Below, in pieces: positions 42,760-53,382 of a stretch of DNA of 64,000 nt. How positions within the stretch are numbered: the stretch's first letter is position 1; each line of letters opens with the position of its first letter. The notes under the pieces were generated by a model that searched no databases, was not told where the DNA came from, and saw nothing but the letters and a program-made list of their open reading frames with translations. Origin of the DNA: an uncultured bacterium (GTDB lineage: Bacteria; Oederibacteriota; PGYV01; CAWJRG01); NCBI GenBank assembly GCA_963845185.1, contig CAWJRG010000005.1, positions 1 through 64,000 of the forward strand, read 5' to 3'. A program made the position numbers and the translations under genes.

Positions 42760-44592
42760 CTATCTTAATGCTATAAACGGGACGATTCTTCTTATCGCTT
42801 CTTTGCCTTCTTTGTCCTCTGCCGTCAGGACGCAGTAATACATTCCGCCGGCAATGTTTCCCAGCTCCCCGGCGGATAAATTTATTGCATAATGTCCTGA
42901 TATATAAGCAATGGAATCAGCCGGCCATGTCTTGTCCAGAATCAGCCTGAAAGCAAAAGTGAAAACTCTCATTCTTACTGATTGCGGCGGGCGTGTTATG
43001 ACCATACACACGCTAAGCGTGTCTTTCACCGGCTTTATCGGATTTGGATAAACAAGGACATTGTTTATTGAAAATTCGCTGCCTATTGTTGCAGTCGGGG
43101 TTATGGTCGGCGAACATATGGGCGTAACAGTCAGCGTAGGTGTGATTGTCGGGCTGGGGATGTAAGGAGGAATAACAAGCAGTTCCATTTCGCTCGGCAA
43201 AAGATTCACTGTAAATGACACGCCAACGGCCTGGGCCTGCCCTGCAATTGAAGCCAGGCTCGCAGGCGCCGGGTTGACATTCCCGTTTATCTGGATATCA
43301 GGCGCTTCCTGCGGCGCGCCCGAGGCGCTGGTGCCTGACGGCAGCATCACCCATGCGCTGGCCGTATAAGCAGGGTTAAACCCGGACAATGTGATTGTGG
43401 CGGGATTGCTGTTATCCGGGTCGTTGTTTACAATGAAAATGGTAAGGTCCCCGGATGAGTCCATGGCAGCGTATGCCCTCACAATGGTTTCGCTGCTTGT
43501 GCATGAAACCATATTATTTCCGAACTTACCGGTAAGCATCGGGTACACGTAATAATTCGGATATGGTGCGTCTGTGCTGGTATTGATGAATCCGAAATCC
43601 GGGCAACAACCGTTTTTCGTTGCCCACAAATTTGTTCCTATCCAGCCGTTTTTAGCGCATTCCAAGATCCACTGTGAGCAGAACATCGCGTTTATATATT
43701 CGTTGACTAAAGCAGTGGGATCAACGTTGATGTTGAATTCATCCATATAATATTTCACCTGACCGACATATGTAGTGCCCAAATATGCAGACACCATGTT
43801 GTCCATGCTGATTTTTTGGATGCCGGGCAAAGCGAGATTGGCCAGGGAGGCGTCATCGACAGCCGTCCCGGTACCTGATGGGCCCGGATAGTTATGTATG
43901 ATAAGGAAATCCGGGACAACACCTGCGGCTGCCGCGGCAGTCAACACCTGCGGCGTCCAGCCGCTATAATTTGTCGCGTACGGGCATGCCACTGCCCCAA
44001 TCATGATTGTGGGATCCACAGCCTTCATGGCTGTATAGTAATCGGCAAATTTCTGGCCATAGTCCGTGCCGTTCGTGTATCCCTGTTCCCAATTGCCGTA
44101 ATCCTCGTTGCCTATATCCCAATATTTCGCTCGAACCGGAGCCGGCAGGGACAGGTTTGACGCCACCCATGATACAGCCAGGGCCACTGCCTGGCTATGG
44201 GTATACTGGGTGTTGCACCAGTAACCGCTGAAATTACAGATGGGATGCATGCTTCCGCCGAATTCCTGAAGAAAGGAAATGTATTCGGGCGTTGTGACTT
44301 CATAACTTGCCTTGCACTGGATATTGCTCCAGTCCAACTGGTCGGCCCATGCCCCTCCGGGCCAGCGTATGTTGCGGCTGCCTGAAACCTGCATGGCAGC
44401 CACATAAGCCGCGTCCGAGCCGCTGTTGGTATTGACCCATGGCGCCATATTGTTTCCGTAGATTTCCGGAGGAATCTTAAGCAGGATTGCGGAAGCGTCC
44501 ACTGTAATGCTGATTTGGCCGTATAAAGCGGAAAAGCCGGCCAAAAAAAGCATTATTGTAAAGCTCAAAAGCGCGATTTCTAATTTTTTCAT
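42760..44592 (-). CDS. Secreted clan GH-A glycoside hydrolase (GH51/GH79/GH44-like) with TPT linker and C-terminal Ig-like domain
   Basis: IRWPGG, YWDIGNE (acid/base), YMDEF (nucleophile), VYPNP..GGMYYC tail. Confidence 0.75.
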   Translation of the reverse strand: MKKLEIALLSFTIMLFLAGFSALYGQISITVDASAILLKIPPEIYGNNMAPWVNTNSGSDAAYVAAMQVSGSRNIRWPGGAWADQLDWSNIQCKASYEVTTPEYISFLQEFGGSMHPICNFSGYWCNTQYTHSQAVALAVSWVASNLSLPAPVRAKYWDIGNEDYGNWEQGYTNGTDYGQKFADYYTAMKAVDPTIMIGAVACPYATNYSGWTPQVLTAAAAAGVVPDFLIIHNYPGPSGTGTAVDDASLANLALPGIQKISMDNMVSAYLGTTYVGQVKYYMDEFNINVDPTALVNEYINAMFCSQWILECAKNGWIGTNLWATKNGCCPDFGFINTSTDAPYPNYYVYPMLTGKFGNNMVSCTSSETIVRAYAAMDSSGDLTIFIVNNDPDNSNPATITLSGFNPAYTASAWVMLPSGTSASGAPQEAPDIQINGNVNPAPASLASIAGQAQAVGVSFTVNLLPSEMELLVIPPYIPSPTITPTLTVTPICSPTITPTATIGSEFSINNVLVYPNPIKPVKDTLSVCMVITRPPQSVRMRVFTFAFRLILDKTWPADSIAYISGHYAINLSAGELGNIAGGMYYCVLTAEDKEGKEAIRRIVPFIALR

Positions 44593-44687
44593 TTTTCACT
44601 CTCTTTCCAGGTTATTAATTTTTTAATCCAAAATCCCAAATTGGTTTCCATTGAAAATTGACAATTTTTAATTGATAATTGTTTTAA

Positions 44688-45717
44688 CTACTGCGCCCAC
44701 CACACGTCATTTAAACAGCCGTTGCTGCTGGACCCTGCTATCACCCACATTAGATTGTTATATACCACGCTGGTATGGTTACTCCTTGCGTTGAAAGCCG
44801 CTGCCGTTGTTGCTTCTGTCCAGCTTGCGCCGTCGCTTGAATACCAGACATCATTTAAATTAATACTGCCATTATACCCACCTATCACCCACATTTCATT
44901 GTTATATACCACGCTGGTATACCATCCCCTTGCGCTGAAAGCCGCTGCTGTAGTAGCTTGTGCCCAGTTTGCGCCGTCGCTTGAATGCCACACGTCATTT
45001 AAATAGCTGCTATTCTGCCCGCCTATCACCCACATTTCATTGTTATATACCACGCTGGTATGGCCCTGCCTTATGCTGAAAGCCGCTGCTGTCAGTGGCT
45101 GTGCCCAGTTTGCGCCGTCGCTTGAATACCATACATCATTTACATTGTACCATCCGCTGCTTGAATTGTAGCTTTCCCCGCCTATCACCCACATTTGATT
45201 GTTATATACAACGCTTGTATGGCTGTCTCTCACGCCAAAAGCAGCTGCTGTTGTGGTGCATCCCCAGTTTATCCCGTCGCTTGAATACCATACATCATTT
45301 AAAATCGCTGCTGTTACTCCACCCGCCTATCACCCACATTTCATTGTTATATACAATGCTGGTATGCCACGCCCTTGCGCTGAAAGCCGTGCCGGTTGTC
45401 GCTTTATCCAGTTTGCGCCATTGTTTGAATACCAGATGTCATTTAAACAGCCGGTGTTGTAATTATACCCGCCTATCACCCACATTTCATTTTTATATGC
45501 CACGCTGGTATGGGCCTGCCTCGGGAATAAAGCACTGCCTGTCTCATCATGCCATATACTTCCGGATAGAGGCGTGGGTGTAATCGTGGGTGTAACGGGT
45601 GTGTAAGGAGTGTTTGTCGGTGCCGGTGCCGCCGGGCTGCTTTTTCTTCGCGCATGCGGAAATAAAAAAAGCCGCCAATAATATAACTCCAAAAAATATT
45701 GCTGTTGATTTCTTCAT
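44688..45717 (-). CDS. Kelch-like propeller lipoprotein (apparent frameshifts near 45645 and 45320-45390)
   Basis: MKKSTAIFFGVILLAAFFISAC lipobox; repeats HTSVVYNNEMWVIGG..LNDVWYSSDGANW. Confidence 0.85.
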
Positions 45718-45880
45718 TTATATGCCTCGGGTCTTAATTTTTAATTCTAAAACTGCTGCAATTTTTTAAAGTGTTATGATTATATCTTCTTAAAAATGCA
45801 TTGTCAATAAAAAGGCAGGGCCATATAATTTATAAAATAGTGTGTAATTTTAATTTTTATTATTATCTAAAAAGAATTTT

Positions 45881-45976
45881 CCCTCTCCCTCGACGGGAGA
45901 GGGCGGGGTGAGGGTGAAAATTTTTATGGTTTCTCCGCACCCCTCACTCTGGCTCTCTCCCTCAAGGGGAGAGAGG
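45881..45976. repeat. Inverted pair of CCCTCTCCC..GGGAGAGGG REP-like palindromes
   Basis: CCCTCTCCCTCGACGGGAGAGGGCGGGGTGAGGG and an inverted relative; same family at 59007-59088. Confidence 0.8.
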
Positions 45977-46039
45977 TTATTTGTTTTTGAAATTACACGC
46001 AATAGTGTACACTAAAGCAGGGCTCTATTAGAGCCCGGA

Positions 46040-46570
46040 TTATTTCAGGCCTTCTATTAGTTTTTTATATTTCTCATGAATCATTTGCCTGTCATGCTCA
46101 TAAAATTCCGCCAAGCATTTCATCAAGTTCTTTTTCGCTGAAATATCCCATTGCGAGCGGAAAAAATGTTTTGTCTTCCTTGCCAATATGCCTCGGGTAA
46201 AAATCAGCGATAATCCTGAGGTTCTCCATCACTTCCCGTAGTAGCGTTCCAGCCGCCTGTCCTTTGCCTTTCATTTGCAGCCATCAGGTTTACGATGGTT
46301 TTTCTGACATAAATATGGTCGTTTATCAGGGCCTCCATTTGTGCTGCATGTTCTTTTAAAAGGCTCTTTTGTTTGAGCGCCTTGAAAAGTATATGCTCTT
46401 CCTTTCCTTCATGCGTCCTTTCTGCGTAGGTCATGAAAAAATCAACGGCTAATCGATAAATGCCGTGGGAATCTTTTTGCCTTTTTCCGCTTTTTTACTT
46501 CCGAATTTATTACAGGCACTATCTGCTCAATAAGCCTGTGCTCGCTCAGCAGCATATCCAAAGGTTTCAT
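46040..46570 (-). CDS. Hemerythrin-domain protein (several apparent frameshifts)
   Basis: MKPLDMLLSEHRLIE, DFFMTYAERTHEGKEE, HIGKED, HEKYKKLIEGLK* in shifting frames. Confidence 0.75.
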
Positions 46571-46648
46571 ATTGTGCCTCCATGTTATAAAATTCTTAAA
46601 TAAGTATATGTCACTCTTGATTTATTTTCAAGAAAGTAAATTTTATTT

Positions 46649-46676
46649 GTAGAGACACGCCATGGCGTGTCTCTAC
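46649..46676. repeat. GTAG-type REP-like perfect palindrome (empty IS target)
   Basis: GTAGAGACACGCCATGGCGTGTCTCTAC, identical to the reconstructed target of IS copy 2. Confidence 0.9.
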
Positions 46677-46682
46677 CTTGAA

Positions 46683-47636
46683 TTATTTCCCCGATTTTAT
46701 CTGCTTGAACCTGTCAAAAAGTACCGCGCCAAGAAGTATCAGCCCCCGCACCACATACTGGTAAAAAGACGGGATATTAAGCAGGTTCATTGCATTCTGC
46801 ACCGTGCCCATTATAAGCACTCCCACTATGACGCCCGTCATGGTGCCTATGCCGCCGGTCAGGGATATGCCGCCGAGCACGCAGGCAGAAATCGCCTCGA
46901 GCGCAAACCCCTGCGAGGTCATCGGCTGGCCGCTTGTCATGCGCGAGGCAAGTATTATTCCCGCAAAAGCCGATACAACGCCCTGTACGCAGAATATAGC
47001 TATTTTTATCCAGTCAACGTTTATGCCTGCCAGCCTTGCTGCTTCTTCATTGCCACCGATTGCCAGCGTATTGCGGCCGAAAGCCGTGTTATTAAGTACA
47101 AAACCGAATATTATGAAACATGCTATTGTTACCCATATCGGCACAGGCAGGCCGAGAAATGCTGCGTTTCCCAGCGCGTAAAAAGCTGCCTGCTTTATGC
47201 CTACGGCCTGGCCTCCTGCAATTATGTAACCAAGCCCGCGCACTATCTGCATGGTGGCAAGCGTGGTGATAAGCGCGTTTATTTTTAATTTCGCTATTAC
47301 CACGCCGTTGACAAATCCTATTAATGCGCCGGCTAAAATGCCGAAAAATATGCCGAGAAAAATACTGCCTGTAGAGTTCATGACAACCGCGGCAAGCACG
47401 CCGGCCGCTGCCACGACAGCTTCTACCGAAAGGTCAAAATGCCCCGAAGCCAGGCAGAAAAGCATGGTGCACGACACCATTCCCACCATGGAAACAGACA
47501 GGGCCAGGCCCTTCATGTTTATAAGCGTAAAAAAATTCGGGACAAAAACAGAAAGCAATATAAAAAGTATGAAAAATATGCCGAGCATGCCCGCATTTTC
47601 CCATAATGACTGCAGTTTATCTTTAATATTTACCAT
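46683..47636 (-). CDS. araH: L-arabinose-type ABC transporter permease
   Basis: MLFCLASGHFDLSV, ITTLATMQIVRGL, ASRMTSGQPMTS, ISACVLGGISL. Confidence 0.88.
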   Translation of the reverse strand: MVNIKDKLQSLWENAGMLGIFFILFILLSVFVPNFFTLINMKGLALSVSMVGMVSCTMLFCLASGHFDLSVEAVVAAAGVLAAVVMNSTGSIFLGIFFGILAGALIGFVNGVVIAKLKINALITTLATMQIVRGLGYIIAGGQAVGIKQAAFYALGNAAFLGLPVPIWVTIACFIIFGFVLNNTAFGRNTLAIGGNEEAARLAGINVDWIKIAIFCVQGVVSAFAGIILASRMTSGQPMTSQGFALEAISACVLGGISLTGGIGTMTGVIVGVLIMGTVQNAMNLLNIPSFYQYVVRGLILLGAVLFDRFKQIKSGK

Positions 47637-47748
47637 GTTATAGCCTTTCTTTATTGTTTTCTGCTTTTCACGCAGCACATCGCACGCCGCACTATTCCTG
47701 TTGTTCGCTTTTCACATAGCACACAGCACATACCACGCTGCACTGTCT

Positions 47749-49256
47749 TTAATGCCGTTTGCCTGCGGGCAAAGCCATCTGCATCACTTTTTCGCTGTCT
47801 GCCTGCTGCCTCAGCAGCCCGCCCTTTATCCTGCCCTCACACATCACCACAATCCTGTCACATACGCCGAGTATTTCGGGTAAATCGCTTGATACCATTA
47901 AAATGCCTATACCCTGCGACGCCAGCGTGTACATAAGTGAATATATCTCGCTTTTTGCGCCAACGTCAATGCCGCGCGTGGGCTCATCCAGCAGCAACAC
48001 CTTTATATTTTCGGAAAGCCATCTCGCGAGTATTGCCTTTTGCTGGTTGCCGCCTGATAAATTTTGTATAAGCTGCGACAAAGACGGGGTTTTTATTGCG
48101 AGCTTTTCAATCATGGCTGACGCGTTGCTTTTTTCCCAGCTGTCGTCCAGCATGATGCCTGCGATCATGTTATTTCTCCTTGCGCTTAAATTAATGTTCT
48201 CCAGCACTGACCGGCACGGGATAATGCCTTCTTTTTTCCTATCTTCAGGGCAGTACATCATGCCGTTTTTTATTGCGTCAATCGGCTTTTTTATGTCAAC
48301 CTGCTTTCCTGCAATCCGTATTGTTCCTGATTGCCGCGGAAGCGCGCCGTATATCAGTTTTAAAAGTTCTGTACGTCCTGCGCCTACGAGCCCGAATATC
48401 CCTACTATTTCGCCTGAAGCTGCTGTCAGCTCGCAAGGCGCCGATAACCCTGGGCCAGTCACATGCCTTTGCATCGAGCACCGGACCGCTGATTTTTCTC
48501 GGCGTATAGCCGTATATGTCTGATATGCTCCTGCCCACCATCTTTTCGATAATTTCCTCAGGCAGACACTCCTTTTAATGAGCCGTAGGTTATTACTTTC
48601 CGCCCGTCCCTCATCACGGTCAGCGAATCGCATATCCTGAAAACTTCGTCAAGGCGGTGCGTAACGTATATTATTATCCTGCCTTCTGCGGCCAGGCTCT
48701 TTATCATGGTAAAAAGTTTTTCTGCCTCGTTGGCCGTAAGGCTGCTCGTTGGCTCGTCAAAAGCTATTATTTTTGCGCCCCTTGTCAGCGCCTTTGCTAT
48801 CTCAAGCATCTGCCTCTGCGCTATGGAAAGGTATTTGACTTTCGCGTCAGGCCTGGCTTCCTCGCCTATCTTATCCATCTGCCCCAGCGTATCGCTTAAA
48901 AGTTTATTTTTATCCAGCATCCCGTATTTTTCGGGCAAATGGCCGAGGTACAGGTTCTCGCTGACAGTCATCTCAGGTATAAGGTGAAGCTCCTGGTGTA
49001 TTTTTGTTATGCCGGACAAAAAAGCGTCGGACGGCGAATTAAAAGCAACCGGTTTCCCGTTGATAAAAATCATGCCGCTGCTCTGGCCGAACACCCCGTT
49101 TAAAATATTCAGAAGCGTTGATTTTCCCGCGCCGTTTTCGCCTACTATTCCATGTATCGATCCTTCATTGACTTCAAGGGAGACATCGTCAAGCGCCTTT
49201 ACGCCAGGGAAAAACTTTGAAATTGATTCAAACCTGAGATAAGCTGTTGCTGCCAT
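47749..49256 (-). CDS. araG: L-arabinose-type ABC transporter ATP-binding protein (apparent frameshifts near 48470-48570)
   Basis: GENGAGKSTL, AFDEPTSSL, MVGRSISDIYGY, CPEDRKKEGI, LSGGNQQK. Confidence 0.88.
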
Positions 49257-49320
49257 TTTTAATAATCCTTTAGTGTGTTACGAATAACAATAGAAATCAT
49301 GCTCCTTGCTCATAATTAGT

Positions 49321-49417
49321 TTGCCGCAGCGGTTTATGTAGAGTCCGGAGCGTTTGATTATAATTAATTTACAACAAATATCAGGCGATCCGATACCGGA
49401 ATAAATCGCTGCGGCAA
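49321..49417. repeat. Long inverted repeat between araF and araG
   Basis: TTGCCGCAGCGGTTTAT..ATAAATCGCTGCGGCAA. Confidence 0.7.
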
Positions 49418-49430
49418 CTGTTATTCAAAT

Positions 49431-50450
49431 CTATTTTATTCCCTGCTCTTTTAGTATCTCCATATAATTATCCCTTGTTATGAGTATTCCTGTTGTCCTT
49501 GTGTCTTTGGCCGGTTCCTTGCCTGTTGTTATCCATTCATACATCATAGCGGCGGTTTTATAGCCGTGCTCCCTTGCCGAAAGCAGCATTGACCCGTAAA
49601 ACCCCGTAACCTGTTTTTTTTCAAACTCAGTTACAGCTTCGGTCCCGTTTATACCGACCCCTATCGTGTTTTTTTCGTTGAACCCGTGGTTTTCCATTGC
49701 CCTTATCGCGCCAAGCACTGCGTTGTCGTTCATGCCGCATACAAGCCAGTTTTTTACTTCAGGATGCTGTGTTAAAAGCACGTTGACCGCGTCGAACGCG
49801 CCCGGTATATCCGATGTCTTTTGCGGAGCCTTGTATATTTTATTTTTCGGGAACCCCGAACTTACCAGTCCCTGTATAGCCCCGTCTGTCCTTTCGCGGG
49901 CAGTGTCGAGCTCCTCAAATGTCACTACGCAGACTGCGGTATCCGCAGCCTGCCAGTTTCTCTTTTTCATTTCGTCGAACAATGTTGTGCCGACATTCTC
50001 TCCTATTTTGCTTGCCGATATGCCAAGGTAAACAACGTCTTGCATTGGCTTGCCGTCCGGCCCCAGGAATCTGTCGTCAACCGCAATAAACTTCAGATTA
50101 TTTTTATTTGCTGCCGCGACAATTGCCGGCCCGAGCCTCACGTCCGGCGTACAAATAATAAATCCCTTTGCTCCGTTCGCCGCAAGGTTGTCTATCGCAG
50201 CAAGCACTTTTTCGCCGTCTGTTGCCCCTATTTTAATAACATCAAACCCCAGTTCCTTTCCTGCCTTGTCCGCGAACTTCCATTCATACTGGAACCAGGG
50301 CTCTTCAGGCTGTTTTACAATAAAGCCTATTTTTAATTTCTTTGACCCTGCGTTATTATTGCACGCAGTCATGGTAAAAATTACGCTCAGCCCGAATACA
50401 AACAAAATAAGTACTGCAACTCCGAACAATTTCCTTGATTTCATAATCAC
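49431..50450 (-). CDS. araF: L-arabinose-binding protein
   Basis: KIGFIVKQPEEPWFQYEWKFADKAG, GAKGFIICTPD, DTARERT, GMNDNAVLG. Confidence 0.92.
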   Translation of the reverse strand: MIMKSRKLFGVAVLILFVFGLSVIFTMTACNNNAGSKKLKIGFIVKQPEEPWFQYEWKFADKAGKELGFDVIKIGATDGEKVLAAIDNLAANGAKGFIICTPDVRLGPAIVAAANKNNLKFIAVDDRFLGPDGKPMQDVVYLGISASKIGENVGTTLFDEMKKRNWQAADTAVCVVTFEELDTARERTDGAIQGLVSSGFPKNKIYKAPQKTSDIPGAFDAVNVLLTQHPEVKNWLVCGMNDNAVLGAIRAMENHGFNEKNTIGVGINGTEAVTEFEKKQVTGFYGSMLLSAREHGYKTAAMMYEWITTGKEPAKDTRTTGILITRDNYMEILKEQGIK

Positions 50451-50458
50451 ACCTCCGT

Positions 50459-53356
50459 CTAATTCGTCTTAACTTTTGCCGTGGCTGTCTTCAGCCCCTT
50501 TGATGATGCCGTAATCTTTATATCCCCCGGTGTTTCATTTGAACGGATAATTGCGAGGCACATGCCGTGGAAAGCCCTGCACTCTTTGGCGTTAAAAAAC
50601 GCGTGGTTTATGGAATTCCCGTTGCCTGTCGCTGCAAGTATTCCGTTGCCGCTGACCTTGAATTTTATATTGTTATCCGCGTCCGGGCATACCACGCCTT
50701 TGCTGTCAGTCACCCTGACCGTTATATAAGCCAAATCATCGCCGTCCGCTGATATTTCAGGCCTGTCGATTGCAAGTGTTATATTTTCAGGTTTGCCTGC
50801 AGTCCTGACATCCTGCCTGCATATTTCCTTGCCCTGTTTTTTTGCCACTGCCGTGATTTTACCCGGGGTATATGGCACCTGCCATTCAACGTGCAGTTGG
50901 CGCGTGTCTGCCATATTTTTCTCGCCAAGCGATTTGCCGTTCAAGAAAAGCTCAACAGAATCGCAGTTGCTGTAAACCCAGACCGGTATTTGCTTTCCCT
51001 CGTAACCTTTCCAGTTCCAGTGGGGAAGGACATGCACCATTGGCGTATCTGTCCACTGGCTCTGGTAAATATAATAACGGTCCTTGGGGAATCCGCATAA
51101 ATCCGTAATGCCGAAATATGAAATGCATGACGGCCAGTCATACGGCGTGGGCTCTCCTATGTAATCAAAGCCTGTCCAGACAAATTCGCCCGCCACCCAG
51201 GGTGAATCTTTTAAAGCCCTTAAAGAATCCTCTGCATTGTTTCCCCATCCGGGTTGGCACACATCGTATGAAGAACATTGCGAGTTTAGCCGCGGCTCGA
51301 TGACAGGTTCTCCCTGCTCCAGCACAAGGTTATATTCCCCCCTGGTGCTTACCGCCGAAGCTGTTTCAGAGGCGATAAGTTTCCTCATTCCCTTATATTT
51401 TTTATAGGCATATATGTTGTAATTTATGCCTACCACATCAAGCTGGCCTGTTATTATGCTGTCCGGACCGTTGCATGCCGCTGTAACAAGCCTTGACGGG
51501 TCTTCCCTGTGGCAAATATCAACGAGCTTTCCGGCTATGCTGGAAGCCGCGTCTTTGTCGCTTGACCATTGCTCAAGAACCTCGTTTCCTATGCTCCACA
51601 TTATTATGCAGGCATGATTCCTGTCGCGGTGCAGCATGCTTACAAGGTCGCTTTCGCTCCAGTCGTCAAAAAACCTGCCGTACCCGTATTGTGTCTTGCT
51701 TTCTTTCCATTCGTCAAATGCCTCGTCCATTACAAGCATGCCCATGCGGTCGCATATTTCTAGGAGCTCAGGCGCTGGCGGGTTATGGCTCGTGCGTATC
51801 GCGTTGCATCCCATGGCCTTCATTATCTCAAGCTCCCGCTCTATTGCCCTTTTATGCACTGCTGTGCCGAGGTATCCCTCGTCATGGTGCAGGCACACTC
51901 CTTTTATTGCCACATGCTTTTTATTCAGGAAAAATCCTTCATCCTCGGTGAATTCTACTGAACGTATGCCGAATGTCGTCACGTAAGCGTCCTTTGCTTT
52001 ATTATTGACAAGTACCATGGAAAGAGCCGTATATAAATCCGGCGAATCAGGCGACCACAGCATTGGTCTTGCAATTTTCATCTCCTGACCTATTTCCTTT
52101 TCGCTTTTAGCGCTGATTTTCTCCGTTGAATCGGCTGTTGCGCATACGCTGTTGTTTTTGTCTATGATTATAGTCTGAAGCGTGATTTCCGTCTCTGAAT
52201 CGCCGCTGTTTTCTATGCTTGTTTTCATATTGATTTTTGCTTCCGAATCCAATATTTCCGGCGTTGTTATATATGTGCCCCATTTTGCTATATGCACCGG
52301 GTTTACAGCCACTAGCCTTACATGCCTGTATATGCCTGCGCCCGAATACCACCTGGTACAAGGCTGTTCTACGTTCACGCGCACCGCTATCAGGTTCTCC
52401 CCGTTTCCGTATTTTAAATACGGCGTGAGGTCATAACCGAAACTCGTGTATCCGTAAGGATGGTTTCCCATGTGAGTGCCGTTTATCCAAACGTCGCTGT
52501 CCATGTAAACGCCGTCAAACTCAATGCCGGTGATTAAATTTTTCATCGATTCCGGCAGTTTGAAATTTTTCCTGTACCAGCCTATGCCTCCCTGCAAATA
52601 GCCGTTGCCGCTGCCGCCTTCAGACCCCCTGTTAAAAGGGCCTTCTATCAATTCAAGCTGTTTATCAGCCCAGATACCCGCGTTTCCCTGCCCGTTATAA
52701 ACCCTGACAGCTATGATATTTTTTTCGCCGTATTTTATCAGCTCAGGCTTGATTTTGTACTCCCTGTAATAATTCCATGCGGTCTTGTATTTTGGAGGCA
52801 ACGTGCCCATGCCCCCTATAAACTCGCCGTTAAGATAACTTTCGTCCACATCGTCTATCATGCCGAGGTCTATGATTATAACTTTGCCTTTCATCGAAAC
52901 AGGTATATCTATCTCCCTCCTGTACCACCCATAGTCGTTATCGCCAATGTAATTGGAGTGTTCCTGCCATGTGGCAGGCAGTTGTACTTTTTGCCAGCCG
53001 CTGTCATCATAATCAGGAGCCTTCCAATTCATGTCGTCGCCTTCTTTAAACTTCCATTCTCCGCGGACTATTGACAATTCCTGTGTTCCTGCTGTGCTTG
53101 CATTTGCTGTTGTTTTAACGCAGCCCTCTATGCCCCAGTCATGCGGCAGGTCAATATTGCGCCACGAAGAATTGTCAAAATCCGGTTTTGACGCGTTTTC
53201 CACGTCGCCTCTCTGGAATTTCCAGCCCTTGTCAAACGCTATAATTTGCCTGGAGGTGCTTTTCCCGCTTTCCGATGAAACTAAAATACTCTTATTAATA
53301 AACAAAGATAAAAACATTACCGTGATGAACAACAGTAATCCTATTTTTTTCATCAA
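50459..53356 (-). CDS. GH2 beta-galactosidase-like enzyme with an inserted extra sugar-binding domain
   Basis: RWYSGAGIYRHV, NAIRTSHNPP, RDRNHACIIMWSIGNE, FVWTGFDYIGEP. Confidence 0.92.
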   Translation of the reverse strand: MMKKIGLLLFITVMFLSLFINKSILVSSESGKSTSRQIIAFDKGWKFQRGDVENASKPDFDNSSWRNIDLPHDWGIEGCVKTTANASTAGTQELSIVRGEWKFKEGDDMNWKAPDYDDSGWQKVQLPATWQEHSNYIGDNDYGWYRREIDIPVSMKGKVIIIDLGMIDDVDESYLNGEFIGGMGTLPPKYKTAWNYYREYKIKPELIKYGEKNIIAVRVYNGQGNAGIWADKQLELIEGPFNRGSEGGSGNGYLQGGIGWYRKNFKLPESMKNLITGIEFDGVYMDSDVWINGTHMGNHPYGYTSFGYDLTPYLKYGNGENLIAVRVNVEQPCTRWYSGAGIYRHVRLVAVNPVHIAKWGTYITTPEILDSEAKINMKTSIENSGDSETEITLQTIIIDKNNSVCATADSTEKISAKSEKEIGQEMKIARPMLWSPDSPDLYTALSMVLVNNKAKDAYVTTFGIRSVEFTEDEGFFLNKKHVAIKGVCLHHDEGYLGTAVHKRAIERELEIMKAMGCNAIRTSHNPPAPELLEICDRMGMLVMDEAFDEWKESKTQYGYGRFFDDWSESDLVSMLHRDRNHACIIMWSIGNEVLEQWSSDKDAASSIAGKLVDICHREDPSRLVTAACNGPDSIITGQLDVVGINYNIYAYKKYKGMRKLIASETASAVSTRGEYNLVLEQGEPVIEPRLNSQCSSYDVCQPGWGNNAEDSLRALKDSPWVAGEFVWTGFDYIGEPTPYDWPSCISYFGITDLCGFPKDRYYIYQSQWTDTPMVHVLPHWNWKGYEGKQIPVWVYSNCDSVELFLNGKSLGEKNMADTRQLHVEWQVPYTPGKITAVAKKQGKEICRQDVRTAGKPENITLAIDRPEISADGDDLAYITVRVTDSKGVVCPDADNNIKFKVSGNGILAATGNGNSINHAFFNAKECRAFHGMCLAIIRSNETPGDIKITASSKGLKTATAKVKTN

Positions 53357-53382
53357 GTCTCCCTTAGATTTCGTTTATTTTA

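Noticed and set aside
9438..49256. Frameshifts in ruvB, typA, mrfB, mrfA, C25 protease, large NHL, MFS, kelch, hemerythrin and araG read as mass pseudogenisation or programmed frameshifting
   Set aside because: Single-base indels, often in or near homopolymers, occur even in conserved genes whose sequence is otherwise intact. Uncorrected sequencing error is the simplest explanation; read polishing would decide.
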